Positions 1 through 9,223 of a DNA stretch of 35,575 nt are shown in pieces (positions within the stretch are counted from its first letter, which is position 1; the number at the start of each line of letters is the position of its first letter). Source of the stretch: a virus. Lineage: Duplodnaviria; Caudoviricetes. The stretch is taken from the IMG/VR virus record IMGVR_UViG_3300043414_000189, positions 1-35,575 of that record, one strand, 5' to 3'. Position numbers and translations under genes: made by a program. The notes below the pieces were generated by a model. It searched no databases. It was given only the letters and a program-made list of their open reading frames with translations, and was not told the origin of the DNA.

Positions 1-430
1 AATTTTTGGCTTGCGTGCTGAATTATTGTGCACTAACATGGGTGGGCGTTGATCTCCTCCGTTTAACGCACCCCGCTAAACGGCGGCTTAAGCGTTGCGG
101 GCGCTCACCCGGCGGTCGCCGTTGCCTTACGAAAGGGCGCTTGTGGACTATCAGAAGAACGCCGCGCTGTTTGTGTCTGTGCTGTTTCATAGCGGCACGA
201 ATGCTCATTTCATGCACTTGCAGACGAAAAGTTTTAGCGAGCACAAGGCGCTTCAGAAATACTATGAAGGCATCGTCGACATTGTGGACCGCTGGGCCGA
301 GGCGTTTCAAGGCTGTTATTCAGTGATCGAAACGTATCCGGCCGATTTTCATATTGCCAAGTCACCGCTGAAATATCTGGAACAGATCAAAGACTTTGTG
401 GATTCGATCCGCAAGGTTCTGCCTGATGAC
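1..430. repeat. Terminal direct repeat, copy 1 (imperfect match to 35146-35575)
   Basis: Positions 1-89 are identical to 35146-35234. The rest is colinear with substitutions that increase toward the 3' end. Confidence 0.95.
11..39 (+). promoter_or_regulatory. Candidate sigma70-type promoter for the packaging/structural operon
   Basis: TTGCGT (11-16), 17-bp spacer, TAACAT (34-39), in an intergenic position. Confidence 0.5.
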
Positions 431-508
431 AGCCAGCTGCAAAACATTATTGATGAGGCGTGCGAGCTGATTGACTCGACGATCTACAAGCTGAAGGTGC
501 TGAAATAA
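143..508 (+). CDS. Ferritin/Dps-like four-helix protein (DUF5856-like)
   Basis: HxxHLQT..EHKAL..YYE....D...E.FQG and C-terminal NIIDE....ID.T.YKL motifs. GTG start at 143 follows GAAAGGG (the track starts at 95). Confidence 0.75.
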   Translation: MDYQKNAALFVSVLFHSGTNAHFMHLQTKSFSEHKALQKYYEGIVDIVDRWAEAFQGCYSVIETYPADFHIAKSPLKYLEQIKDFVDSIRKVLPDDSQLQNIIDEACELIDSTIYKLKVLK

Positions 509-798
509 TGGCCGACATTGAGAAACTGGTCGCCGCACTGATGGCATCAGAAAATCAAGATCGCGCAATGAAAATGCGGATTCAAGGCGGCGGCGGCTAT
601 GATAATGCTCGCGGCGCCAGCCTGCTAAGTGGTGGCGGTCGGGCAACGCTTGATATTCCCGTGTCTGATCGGTTGACGGTATCGCCGTGGCTTGGCGGTG
701 GTGGGGCAACAGGCAAAGTGCCGACACCGCAAGGCGATTTCAAAATCAACAAATTCGATCCGCAGTTTGGGGTCGGGTTAAATTATAAGTTTGATTAA
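508..798 (+). CDS. Hypothetical protein with outer-membrane beta-barrel-like strands
   Basis: 96 aa; TAATG-coupled to the upstream gene; ends ...TVSPWLGGG...FGVGLNYKFD. Confidence 0.7.
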   Translation: MADIEKLVAALMASENQDRAMKMRIQGGGGYDNARGASLLSGGGRATLDIPVSDRLTVSPWLGGGGATGKVPTPQGDFKINKFDPQFGVGLNYKFD

Positions 799-1089
799 AT
801 GGGCGCCGGTTATAAAAACCTAGGAAAAGCTGGCCCTGGTCGCCCCAAAGGGTTGCCAAACAAAAGCACAGCAAATGCCCGCGAAGCTATTACCCGTTTT
901 GTTGACGGCAACGCAGACCGGCTGCAAGAGTGGCTAGACCAGATCGCAGTGCAGGACGGGCCGCAAGCGGCTTTTAAATGCTTTTCCGATCTGCTTGAAT
1001 ATCATGTGCCTAAATTGTCACGCGCAGAGGTCAGCGGGCCTGATGGCGGCCCGCAGGTCGTTGAAGCTACTTGGCGGCTGGCCGAGTGA
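799..1089 (+). CDS. terS: Terminase small subunit
   Basis: N-terminal GPGRPKG.PNK, C-terminal PKL...EVSGPDGGP; lies immediately upstream of terL. Confidence 0.75.
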   Translation: MGAGYKNLGKAGPGRPKGLPNKSTANAREAITRFVDGNADRLQEWLDQIAVQDGPQAAFKCFSDLLEYHVPKLSRAEVSGPDGGPQVVEATWRLAE

Positions 1090-2423
1090 ACATCGTTAAA
1101 GTCGAGATCCCATACGCGCCCAGACGGGCGTTTATGCCTTTTCACAACCGCACGCATCGCTGGGCCTGCTTGGTCGCGCACCGCCGAGCCGGTAAGACCG
1201 TGGCGGCGATCAACGACATGATCCGCGCCGCCTTTACCAGTAAGGACTCAATGCCGCTTTACGGTTACGTGGCGCCGTATCGCAGTCAGGCTAAATCGGT
1301 GGTTTGGGATTACCTGAAGCACTACAGCCGGCCGATCAGCAAGGATGCCAACGAAGCCGAGCTGACGGTCACGCTGCTCAATAACAGCAAGATCCGGCTA
1401 TTCGGCGCTGACAATGCCGACGCCATGCGCGGGCTGGGCTTCAGCGGCGTTTACCTGGACGAATTCGGCGACTTCAAGCCGAGCGTATGGGGTAACGTGG
1501 TCCGGCCGGCGCTCAGTGACAAACAGGGCTGGTGCGTGTTTGGTGGTACGCCGAAGGGCAAAAATCAGTTTTACGACATACGCCAAACCGCTGCCAAGCA
1601 GAAAGACGACTGGTTCCTGCTTGAGCTGCCGGCCAGCAAGTCGGGCCTGCTGCCTGCCACCGAGCTGGACGCTGCCCGATCGCAACTGAGCAAAGACCAG
1701 TTCGACCAGGAATACGAGTGCAGCTTCGAGGCCGCGATCCTCGGCGCCTTCTACGGCGTCGAGATGCGCGAGGCGACCGACACCGGCCGCATCACCCGGG
1801 TGGATTACCAGCCCGAGGTGCCTGTGCATACTGCATGGGATCTCGGCTATCGTGACGATACCGCGATCTGGTTCTATCAGGTCATCCGCAGCGAAATCCA
1901 TGTCATCGACTACTATGCCGTCAGCGGCGCCAACATCACCGAGCTGGCCGCGGTGGTCACCGGCAAGCCCTACAAGTATGGCAAGCACTACCTGCCGCAC
2001 GACGCCCGCGCTAAAACATTGGCCGCCTCTGGCAAGAGCGTGATCGAGCAGATGGCCGAGCACCTGGGCATTAACAACATGGCGATTGTGCCGGATTTAG
2101 GCGTGCAGGACGGCATCCAGGCGGTGCGTATGATGCTGCCGTATACCTGGTTCGACGAGGATCGGTGCAGCGAGGGCATCGAGGCGCTGCGCCAATATCA
2201 GCGTGAGTATGACGAGGACAAGAAGGCGTTTAGGCAGACACCAAGACACGATTGGTGCAGCCACCCGGCAGACGCAATGCGAATGTTAGCGATTGCGTGG
2301 CGCGCCGAGCCGACGGTCAAGCCGCCGGACCGGATCAAACCGTTGATGGTCGGACCTGAGAACACAGTAACGCTCAACGATATGTGGTCAACAATGAAAA
2401 CAACTAGGAGTGGCAGATTATGA
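1086..2423 (+). CDS. terL: Terminase large subunit
   Basis: Walker A HRRAGKT, Walker B YLDE, coupling motif GTPKG, RNase H-like nuclease (WDLG..D, HPADA). GTG start overlaps the terS stop. Confidence 0.95.
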   Translation: MNIVKVEIPYAPRRAFMPFHNRTHRWACLVAHRRAGKTVAAINDMIRAAFTSKDSMPLYGYVAPYRSQAKSVVWDYLKHYSRPISKDANEAELTVTLLNNSKIRLFGADNADAMRGLGFSGVYLDEFGDFKPSVWGNVVRPALSDKQGWCVFGGTPKGKNQFYDIRQTAAKQKDDWFLLELPASKSGLLPATELDAARSQLSKDQFDQEYECSFEAAILGAFYGVEMREATDTGRITRVDYQPEVPVHTAWDLGYRDDTAIWFYQVIRSEIHVIDYYAVSGANITELAAVVTGKPYKYGKHYLPHDARAKTLAASGKSVIEQMAEHLGINNMAIVPDLGVQDGIQAVRMMLPYTWFDEDRCSEGIEALRQYQREYDEDKKAFRQTPRHDWCSHPADAMRMLAIAWRAEPTVKPPDRIKPLMVGPENTVTLNDMWSTMKTTRSGRL

Positions 2424-2728
2424 GTGGCGTAAGCAATCCGTATCGGTATCAATATGAGACAGTCGCAGCCAGCGTAACCGCGCAGGTATTGGGCGGCACA
2501 GGCGCAGTGGGTGATTACGTGCACCGGCTGCTAATCAACGTCATCACCGTTGCCAGCGCAGGTGTGACACTGAGCGACGGATCAACAAGCATTGTCATCA
2601 GCACCGCAGCCAGCGCAGTGCTGGGGCCGATCAGCCTTGAGCTAAACATGGCAGCAGTTACCGGACCGTGGAAGATCACCACCGGCGCAGGCGCTACCGT
2701 TGTCGCTGTTGGGATATTCTCAGCATGA
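2420..2728 (+). CDS. Hypothetical protein (possible virion protein)
   Basis: ATGA-coupled 102-aa ORF, rich in V/T/A/G. Confidence 0.7.
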   Translation: MSGVSNPYRYQYETVAASVTAQVLGGTGAVGDYVHRLLINVITVASAGVTLSDGSTSIVISTAASAVLGPISLELNMAAVTGPWKITTGAGATVVAVGIFSA

Positions 2729-2883
2729 ACAAGGCCGGGCTTTATGCCAATATTTTAGCCAAACAAGAGCGCATCAAAGCGAGGTCTGGCGAGCGTATGC
2801 GTAAGCCCGGCACGCCTGGTGCGCCGACTGCTGAGGCTTTTAAAGAATCAGCAAAGACCGCAAAGCCAGAGAAGAAAAAATGA
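2725..2883 (+). CDS. Small basic hypothetical protein
   Basis: MNKAGLYANILAKQERIK...; ATGA overlaps at both ends. Confidence 0.7.
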   Translation: MNKAGLYANILAKQERIKARSGERMRKPGTPGAPTAEAFKESAKTAKPEKKK

Positions 2884-3167
2884 GCGCCGCTTGGACACGC
2901 AAAGAGGGCAAGAATCCCAAAGGTGGACTCAACGCCAAAGGCCGAGCCTCTTACAAAGCCGAAACAGGTGGCACACTCAAGGCGCCTGTGAAAGCAGGCG
3001 ACAACCCGCGGCGTGCCAGTTTCCTTGCGCGTATGGGCAACATGCCGGGGCCGATGGAGAAGAACGGCGAACCGACCAGGTTGGCATTGGCGCTGCGGGC
3101 TTGGGGCGCATCCAGCAAGGCCGATGCTAAGAGTAAAGCCGCCGCAATCAGCGAAAGAAACAAATAA
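2880..3167 (+). CDS. Basic phage protein (DUF6321-like)
   Basis: AWTRKEGKNPKGGLNAKGRASY...RRASFLARM motif, recalled from phage proteins. Confidence 0.65.
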   Translation: MSAAWTRKEGKNPKGGLNAKGRASYKAETGGTLKAPVKAGDNPRRASFLARMGNMPGPMEKNGEPTRLALALRAWGASSKADAKSKAAAISERNK

Positions 3168-5462
3168 ATGGAACACACCGCAACCGGCGTGCAGAAATAC
3201 CTAAATGTCGTCAGTCAATACGATAACGAATTCAAGAAGTGGGAAGCGCGTGCAGAGAAGATCGTCAAACGCTATCGTGACGACAACCGCAGCCAACACA
3301 CGAACGAAACCGCAAAATTCAACATTCTGTGGTCAAACGTGCAGACGTTAATTCCTGCCGTCTACGCCAAACTGCCAAAAGCAGTGGCCGAGCGCCGGTT
3401 TGGTGATAACGATCCTGTGGGTCGCGTGGCGTCTGAGCTGATTGAGCGTGCGCTGGATTACGAGATTGAGCATTACCCTGACTTCAGAGCCACGATGCGT
3501 TACGCCGTCGAGGACCGGTTCCTCGGGGGCCGCGGCAGTGCTTGGGTGCGCTACGAGCCGCACGTTCGCACGCTTGACATACCCGAAGATGGTTTGCAGG
3601 TTACCGAGGACATTGACGATGAGCCAACAAAGGGCGCCGAGAATACCGAGAATCAGGACTACACCGCAGGCGGCGAGGCCGAGCCGCAAGAGGAAATCGA
3701 ATACGAGTGCGCCCCCACCGATTACGTTCATTGGAAGGATTTTGGCCACTCTGTCGCTCGCACTTGGGAGGAAGTAACCTGTGTGTGGCGCTGGGTCTAC
3801 ATGACTCGGGAAGCACTGACCGAGCGATTCGGCGAAAAGATGTCAAAGAAGATCCCGCTGGACTCAGGACCGGAAACGCTCAAGAGTTATGGCCAGAGCA
3901 ACAAAGAGCGCACCCGCGCCAAAGTGTGCGAGCTGTGGGATAAGGAAACTGGCAAGGTCTACTGGTTTACCAAGAACTATAACGAGCTGATTGACGAGCG
4001 CGACGATCCGCTTGAGCTGGAGGGATTTTTTCCCTGTTCAAAGCCGCTTTACAGCACCACGACCAGCGACACCTTGATTCCGGTGCCTGACTTCGTGCTC
4101 TACCAGGACCAGGCCAACGAGCTGGACATTCTCAGCGACCGTATTGATGGACTGGTCAAAGCATTGCGGATTCGTGGCGTTTACGACGCCAGCCAGCCGG
4201 CGCTGCAACGCCTGCTGACCGAGGGCGATAACAACACGCTGATTCCGGTGGACAAATGGATGGCATTTTCAGAGAAAGGCGGGCTTAAAGGCGCTATCGA
4301 CATTCTGCCAATCGACGAGCTGGCCAATGCGTTGCTGAACTGCTACCGCGCAAGGACCGAGATTAAAACGCAAATCTACGAGATTACCGGCATTTCAGAC
4401 ATTATTCGTGGCGCCTCAGCGGCAAGCGAAACTGCAACCGCGCAGCAGATCAAAGGTCAATACGCTGGCCTGCGCCTGCGCTCAATGCAGGAGGAAGTCG
4501 CACTGTTTGCCAGCGAGCTAATCCGGCTAAAAGCCCAGGTCATGTGCAATAAATTCCAGCCGCAAACAATTATGCTCTACGCCGCTGCCGGACAAATGAG
4601 CCAGCCCGATCAGCAGATGATTCCGCAGGCCATGCAACTGATGCAGGACAAGCCGCTGCGGAACTTCCGCATCGAGGTCGATGCCGACAGCCTGGTGCAG
4701 ATCGACGAACAACAGAACAAAAAAGACCGCGTCGAATTCCTGACCGCATTTGGTGGATTCATGCGTGAAGCATTGCCGGTCGGCCAGCAGTCGCCGGAAC
4801 TGGTGCCGATGCTGGTTGAGCTGATTAAATTTGGTATCGGTGGATTTAAGCAGGCTAAACCAATCGAGGGCGTGCTTGATGTGGCGCTGGAACAGATGAA
4901 ACAGAAACAAGCCGGACCACAAGAACAGAAACCCGATCCAGAAATGATGAAGATGCAGGCGCAACAGCAATCCGACCAGATGCGGGTGCAGGCCGACACG
5001 CAAGCCGCCCAGGCAAAGATGCAATCTGACATACAAATGACGCAAGCCAAAACGCAAGCAGAGATGCAGATCGAGCAGATGAAGATGCAATACGCAGGTC
5101 AACTGGAACAGCAAAAGCTGCAATTTGAGGGCCAGCTTAAAAACATGGAAATGCAGGCCGCAAAAGAGCGCACCGAACTGGAAGCGGCAACCAAGATTAT
5201 GGTGGCAAGGATCGGCGCCAATCCGGGCTTAGATATACCGATGATTGAAGCGCAGCAGGCCGCAAGCGAGAAGGTCAGCGCCGAGCTGGGCGAAAACGTC
5301 AAAATGGCCATCGACCACATGGCGGCAATGCACGAGAACATGGCAAACATGCATGGCGAAACCATGAACCGCATCGGTGGTGTCATGCAAACACTGGCAG
5401 CACCAAAACGCATTGTGCGCGGCCCTGACGGCAAAGCAGTTGGCGTGGAGGTGGCAGCATGA
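3168..5462 (+). CDS. Portal protein
   Basis: 764 aa downstream of terL; IYEITGISDIIRG...ETATAQQIK motif; Q/M-rich coiled-coil C-terminus like P22-type portals. Confidence 0.85.
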   Translation: MEHTATGVQKYLNVVSQYDNEFKKWEARAEKIVKRYRDDNRSQHTNETAKFNILWSNVQTLIPAVYAKLPKAVAERRFGDNDPVGRVASELIERALDYEIEHYPDFRATMRYAVEDRFLGGRGSAWVRYEPHVRTLDIPEDGLQVTEDIDDEPTKGAENTENQDYTAGGEAEPQEEIEYECAPTDYVHWKDFGHSVARTWEEVTCVWRWVYMTREALTERFGEKMSKKIPLDSGPETLKSYGQSNKERTRAKVCELWDKETGKVYWFTKNYNELIDERDDPLELEGFFPCSKPLYSTTTSDTLIPVPDFVLYQDQANELDILSDRIDGLVKALRIRGVYDASQPALQRLLTEGDNNTLIPVDKWMAFSEKGGLKGAIDILPIDELANALLNCYRARTEIKTQIYEITGISDIIRGASAASETATAQQIKGQYAGLRLRSMQEEVALFASELIRLKAQVMCNKFQPQTIMLYAAAGQMSQPDQQMIPQAMQLMQDKPLRNFRIEVDADSLVQIDEQQNKKDRVEFLTAFGGFMREALPVGQQSPELVPMLVELIKFGIGGFKQAKPIEGVLDVALEQMKQKQAGPQEQKPDPEMMKMQAQQQSDQMRVQADTQAAQAKMQSDIQMTQAKTQAEMQIEQMKMQYAGQLEQQKLQFEGQLKNMEMQAAKERTELEAATKIMVARIGANPGLDIPMIEAQQAASEKVSAELGENVKMAIDHMAAMHENMANMHGETMNRIGGVMQTLAAPKRIVRGPDGKAVGVEVAA

Positions 5463-5656
5463 TCGTCACCACGACCAAAGGCGAAATGGACGATGCACTG
5501 CTTGAAAAGCGGGAAGGGTCTGTCGACAACGACAACGAGAACACGACATGGGTAGAGTATTGGCTGGCCAACGAGCTGGTGCACAGATCCGCGCATGTCA
5601 GGCTGAAAAAACCGATGATTTCAATATCCGAGGCAGGGAGTTTTCCCAATGGCTAA
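5459..5656 (+). CDS. Hypothetical protein
   Basis: 65-aa ORF with a GGAGG SD, coupled to the portal gene. Confidence 0.7.
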   Translation: MIVTTTKGEMDDALLEKREGSVDNDNENTTWVEYWLANELVHRSAHVRLKKPMISISEAGSFPNG

Positions 5657-6104
5657 CACGCAGGCAATGTGCACCAGTTTTAAAGTAGAAATCCTTAACG
5701 GCATTCACGCGTGCGGAACAACGGTTATCCGGGCTGGAACGGGGGCCGACACTCTAAAAGCTGCGTTGTATTTGGCAAGTGCTACTGTAAACGCCTCTAC
5801 GACCGTCTACAGCGCCACTGGCGAGGTTTCTGGCACTGGCTATAGTGCTGGCGGGGTTACCGTGACAAACGCCACAGCGCCCACATCAACAGGTACCACA
5901 GCATTTTGGACACCAAGCGCGAGCTTTACCTACACAACCGTTACGCTGACCACATCGTTTGATTGCGTGCTCGTCTACAACAGCACCCAGTCGAATAAGG
6001 CTATTTCAGCCCACACCTTTGGCGCCCAAACGATCACCGCAGGCACGTTTGTGTTGTCGATGCCGACCAATGACGCCAGCAATGCACTTATCCGCATTGC
6101 CTAA
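5649..6104 (+). CDS. Putative virion structural protein
   Basis: Thr/Ala-rich, beta-type 151 aa (MANTQAMCTSFKVE...) in the head module. Confidence 0.6.
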   Translation: MANTQAMCTSFKVEILNGIHACGTTVIRAGTGADTLKAALYLASATVNASTTVYSATGEVSGTGYSAGGVTVTNATAPTSTGTTAFWTPSASFTYTTVTLTTSFDCVLVYNSTQSNKAISAHTFGAQTITAGTFVLSMPTNDASNALIRIA

Positions 6105-6107
6105 TCT

Positions 6108-6698
6108 ATGGCACAGGGCGCATGGGATACCGGCACCTGGGATGATGCCCTATGGGATAGTTTGCCCGTCACCGGCAATTCTGCAACCGGATCGCCGGGT
6201 AATGTCGGCGCGACCGTTACGATTGCGCTATCCGGCGTGCAGGCAACGGGTCAGGTTGGCAACGAGGACGAGGCCACAACGGTGCCTGTTACTGGCACAG
6301 GGGCTACCGGCGCCGCAGGCACTGTTGGCCTGGTCATCACGGTTTCATTGTCTGGAAACAGCGCCACTGGCGATGCTGGAACGGTCACGGTGGTGCCGCA
6401 GCCGGTCATCATTATTGATGACACGCACGACGGCCGACGTTTTAAAGAGCAGCTTGAGCGCGACCGCAAGCTCAGAGCAAAGAAAAAGCAGGCAATCCTT
6501 GACGCTTTTGAGCGCATCGTCGAAGGCCGACCAGAGATCGCCGAGGAAATCGCAGCACCTTATGTTGTCACCAGACCAAAGGCCAAATCGCCGCCAACAA
6601 TCAATTACGACGCGCTGTTTGCCGATCTGGACCGCGTGCAGCGGATCTGGGATACCCACCTTGAAATGGATGATGAGGACGTTCTGACACTGCTATGA
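6108..6698 (+). CDS. Hypothetical protein with WD.G.WD start and G..ATG..G.V repeats
   Basis: Repeated (V/L)(T/S)GxxATGxxGxV units; acidic C-terminus DDEDVLTLL. Confidence 0.65.
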   Translation: MAQGAWDTGTWDDALWDSLPVTGNSATGSPGNVGATVTIALSGVQATGQVGNEDEATTVPVTGTGATGAAGTVGLVITVSLSGNSATGDAGTVTVVPQPVIIIDDTHDGRRFKEQLERDRKLRAKKKQAILDAFERIVEGRPEIAEEIAAPYVVTRPKAKSPPTINYDALFADLDRVQRIWDTHLEMDDEDVLTLL

Positions 6699-7024
6699 GA
6701 AAACAATACGTGCAAATCAATGGCGAGCTGGTTGAAAAGGGCGATTACTACGCAGATCCGCTGGCACCAATCGTTATGCCCGACATTCAGCCTTATCAGT
6801 CAATGGCAGATGGCAGCATGATCACCAGCCGCAGTCATCACCGAGAACACTTGCGGGCGCACAATTGCATTGAGATCGGCAACGAAAGCATGGAAACCAA
6901 AGTCGCACCTCCAACAGACAACCGGCGCGAGATCCTGCGGGCGCAGCTCGACAATATGACGCATGACCAGGCTAATAAAATGCTCGCCAAAGCGCGAGAT
7001 GATTTACGCTTTACCCGTCGCTAA
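6695..7024 (+). CDS. Conserved phage hypothetical protein
   Basis: PDIQPYQSMADGSMITSRS.HREHL...NC.E.GNE motif, typical upstream of scaffold genes. Confidence 0.7.
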   Translation: MRKQYVQINGELVEKGDYYADPLAPIVMPDIQPYQSMADGSMITSRSHHREHLRAHNCIEIGNESMETKVAPPTDNRREILRAQLDNMTHDQANKMLAKARDDLRFTRR

Positions 7025-7047
7025 ACCAACCCCCACAGGGAGAACAA

Positions 7048-8034
7048 ATGTCAGATTTAACCGAGATAGTGCCAGTCGAAAACGCAGACGCTCGCCGCGA
7101 GCTGCTATCACAACAGTTTGATGAGGTTGAGGCCGCACCCGAGCCAGCCCAATTTGTGCAAGCCGATAAACCGCGGGATGAGGTTGGCAAGTTTGCAAAA
7201 GCCGCACCGACCGAGGTAAAGACTGAGGAAGATCCGGTCTGGCGCCGGCCGCCGGCAAGCTGGAAGAAGGACTATCACGAGACTTGGAATCTGGCAGACG
7301 ACAAACTAAAACAATACGCCTGGCAGCGCGAAAGCGAGATGAAGGCCGGAGTCGAGCCGTTAATCAGCAAAGCCCAGTTTGCCGACCAAATGCAGGAGGT
7401 TTTGAACCCCTACATGAATACCATTCAGGGCTTGGGCATTGACGCACCGAAAGCGGTTAAAGCATTGATGGAGGCCGATCACGCACTCAGATACAGTAAT
7501 CCGCAAGAAAAACGGCAGTATTTTGCTAGACTGGCGCAATCTTACGGTGTAAATTTAAACGATGTGGGTTACGACCTGCCACAACAGGTTAATGTTGATC
7601 CGACAATCTATGCACTGCAAAACGAACTAAATAATGTTCGTGGCGAGGTGCAAGGCTGGAAACAGCAACAGGAACAGCAGCAAAATCAAGCCTTACTTGG
7701 CGAAATCAACAATTTCAGCCAAAAGGCCGAACACTTCGAGGAAGCACGCCCGGCCATGATCCAGCTTCTACAAAGCGGCATGGCTACGGATCTCGATGAC
7801 GCATACGAAAAAGCAATACGCTTAAACCCCGAACTTTTTGATGCTGTTCAAAGTGGCCTACAAGCCCAAACGGATGCAACAAAACGAGCAGCAGCTAACA
7901 CTGCGGCGAAACGGGCGAGGGCGGCAGCGGTGAGCGTTAAAGGTTCTACACCCGGAACTGTTACGAATACCAAAGCGCAAGATCGCCGGTCCTTACTTGC
8001 CGAACAATTCGACAACATGAGCGACCGACTCTGA
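7048..8034 (+). CDS. Capsid scaffolding protein
   Basis: Acidic, helical 328 aa directly upstream of the capsid gene; PRDE.GKFA and PPASWKK motifs. Confidence 0.75.
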   Translation: MSDLTEIVPVENADARRELLSQQFDEVEAAPEPAQFVQADKPRDEVGKFAKAAPTEVKTEEDPVWRRPPASWKKDYHETWNLADDKLKQYAWQRESEMKAGVEPLISKAQFADQMQEVLNPYMNTIQGLGIDAPKAVKALMEADHALRYSNPQEKRQYFARLAQSYGVNLNDVGYDLPQQVNVDPTIYALQNELNNVRGEVQGWKQQQEQQQNQALLGEINNFSQKAEHFEEARPAMIQLLQSGMATDLDDAYEKAIRLNPELFDAVQSGLQAQTDATKRAAANTAAKRARAAAVSVKGSTPGTVTNTKAQDRRSLLAEQFDNMSDRL

Positions 8035-8056
8035 TAATTTTCTAAGGAGCTTCATT

Positions 8057-8983
8057 ATGGCTTTTGCCAATAGCTCGATCAGCGACATCATTGCGACCAA
8101 CATTCAAAGTCGTTCTGGTGAGCTGGCCGACAACGTAACAAACAACAATGCGCTTCTGCGCCGCCTCAAAGAACGCGGTAACGTGAAAACTTTTTCCGGT
8201 GGTAACGTAATCTTGCAAGAGGTTATGTACAACGACAGCACGACCAACAACACGAATTCTTATTCGGGTTACGAAGTGTTGAACGTCAGCCAAAACAGCC
8301 CGATCAGTGCGGCACAATACGGCATTACGCAATACGCTGCTGCGGTTTCGATCAGCGGTCTGGAAATGATCCAGAACAGCGGCAAGGAAGCGATCATCGA
8401 CCTGCTTGACGGCCGTATGAACGTTGCTGAAGCGCAACTGGCTAACCGTATCGGTGGCGATATTTATCTTGATGGTACGGGAAACTCCGGTAAGAACATC
8501 ACCGGACTGGCAGCTGCTGTGCCAGATAGCCCAACCACAGGCACTTACGGTGGGATTAACCGCGCTACGTTCTCATTCTGGCGCTCGGTTTCTTTCTCTG
8601 GTGTAACAACCGGTGGATCTGCTACTTCAGCATCGAACATCCAGCAGTACATGGATTCGGTTGCTGTGCAGCTGATTCGCGGAACCGACAAGCCGGATCT
8701 GATTGTTGCTGATAACAACTACTACCGTTTGTATCTGCAATCGTTGCAGTCGATTCAGCGTATCTCTGATTCGGGATCTTCGATGGCCGGTGCGGGCTTT
8801 GCTTCGCTGAAATATTACGGCGCTGGCATGGCTTCCGACGTTGTGCTTGACGGCGGTATCGGTTCGGCGGCAACTGCAAACCATATGTGGTTCTTGAACA
8901 CGAAATATATTTTCTTCCGGCCGCACGTTGACCGGAATTTCGTGCCGATTGGCGGCGAACGGCAAGCCGTAAACCAAGACGCT
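8057..8983 (+). CDS. Major capsid protein, exon 1 (309 codons, ends ...RQAVNQDA)
   Basis: Strong SD TAAGGAG; LADNVTNNNALL start and capsid-type sequence. The unspliced frame stops at 9001, five codons into the intron. Confidence 0.88.
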
Positions 8984-9223
8984 AAACCTACTTTGCATTA
9001 AATGGCGTCTATAAACCTTCTCTGATTGACTTGGAAGCCCGGAAGCGGGCGACAGGGCGCAAGCGAAAGCAGCGTGAACGACTAAGTGAGAGGGGCGCCG
9101 AAAGGTGCATGCGATAGTCTGAACACTGGTATAACTTTATTGAAGCCAGTGAGGGAGATCCGAAGCGGTTTCCCCGCCATCGAAAGATGGTCAGTAAGCC
9201 GAAAGGCTGAAAGTAACAGAATG
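8984..9223 (+). ncRNA. Group I self-splicing intron (240 nt, no homing endonuclease ORF) in the major capsid gene
   Basis: 5' exon ends in U. P1: AGACGCU (8977-8983)/GGCGUCU (9004-9010) with a U.G pair at the splice site. P3: CCUUCUC/GAGAGGG. P7: GACUA (9080-9084)/UAGUC (9115-9119). P5, P6, P8 and P9 hairpins, several with GAAA loops. Terminal G at 9223. Removal restores the frame. Confidence 0.9.

Noticed and set aside
1-430. Diversity-generating retroelement TR/VR pair with 35146-35575
   Set aside because: Differences are not adenine-specific, are mostly synonymous, and no reverse transcriptase is present
5959-6687. 242-aa alternative-frame ORF
   Set aside because: Arg/Pro/Cys-rich shadow of two better-supported genes, with no recognisable motif
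8984-9223. Readthrough, frameshift, tRNA or terminator explanations for the capsid gap
   Set aside because: The capsid frame has a stop at 8999-9001 and the insert is not capsid-like. There is no cloverleaf or U-tract, whereas P1, P3, P7 and the terminal G all fit a group I intron.
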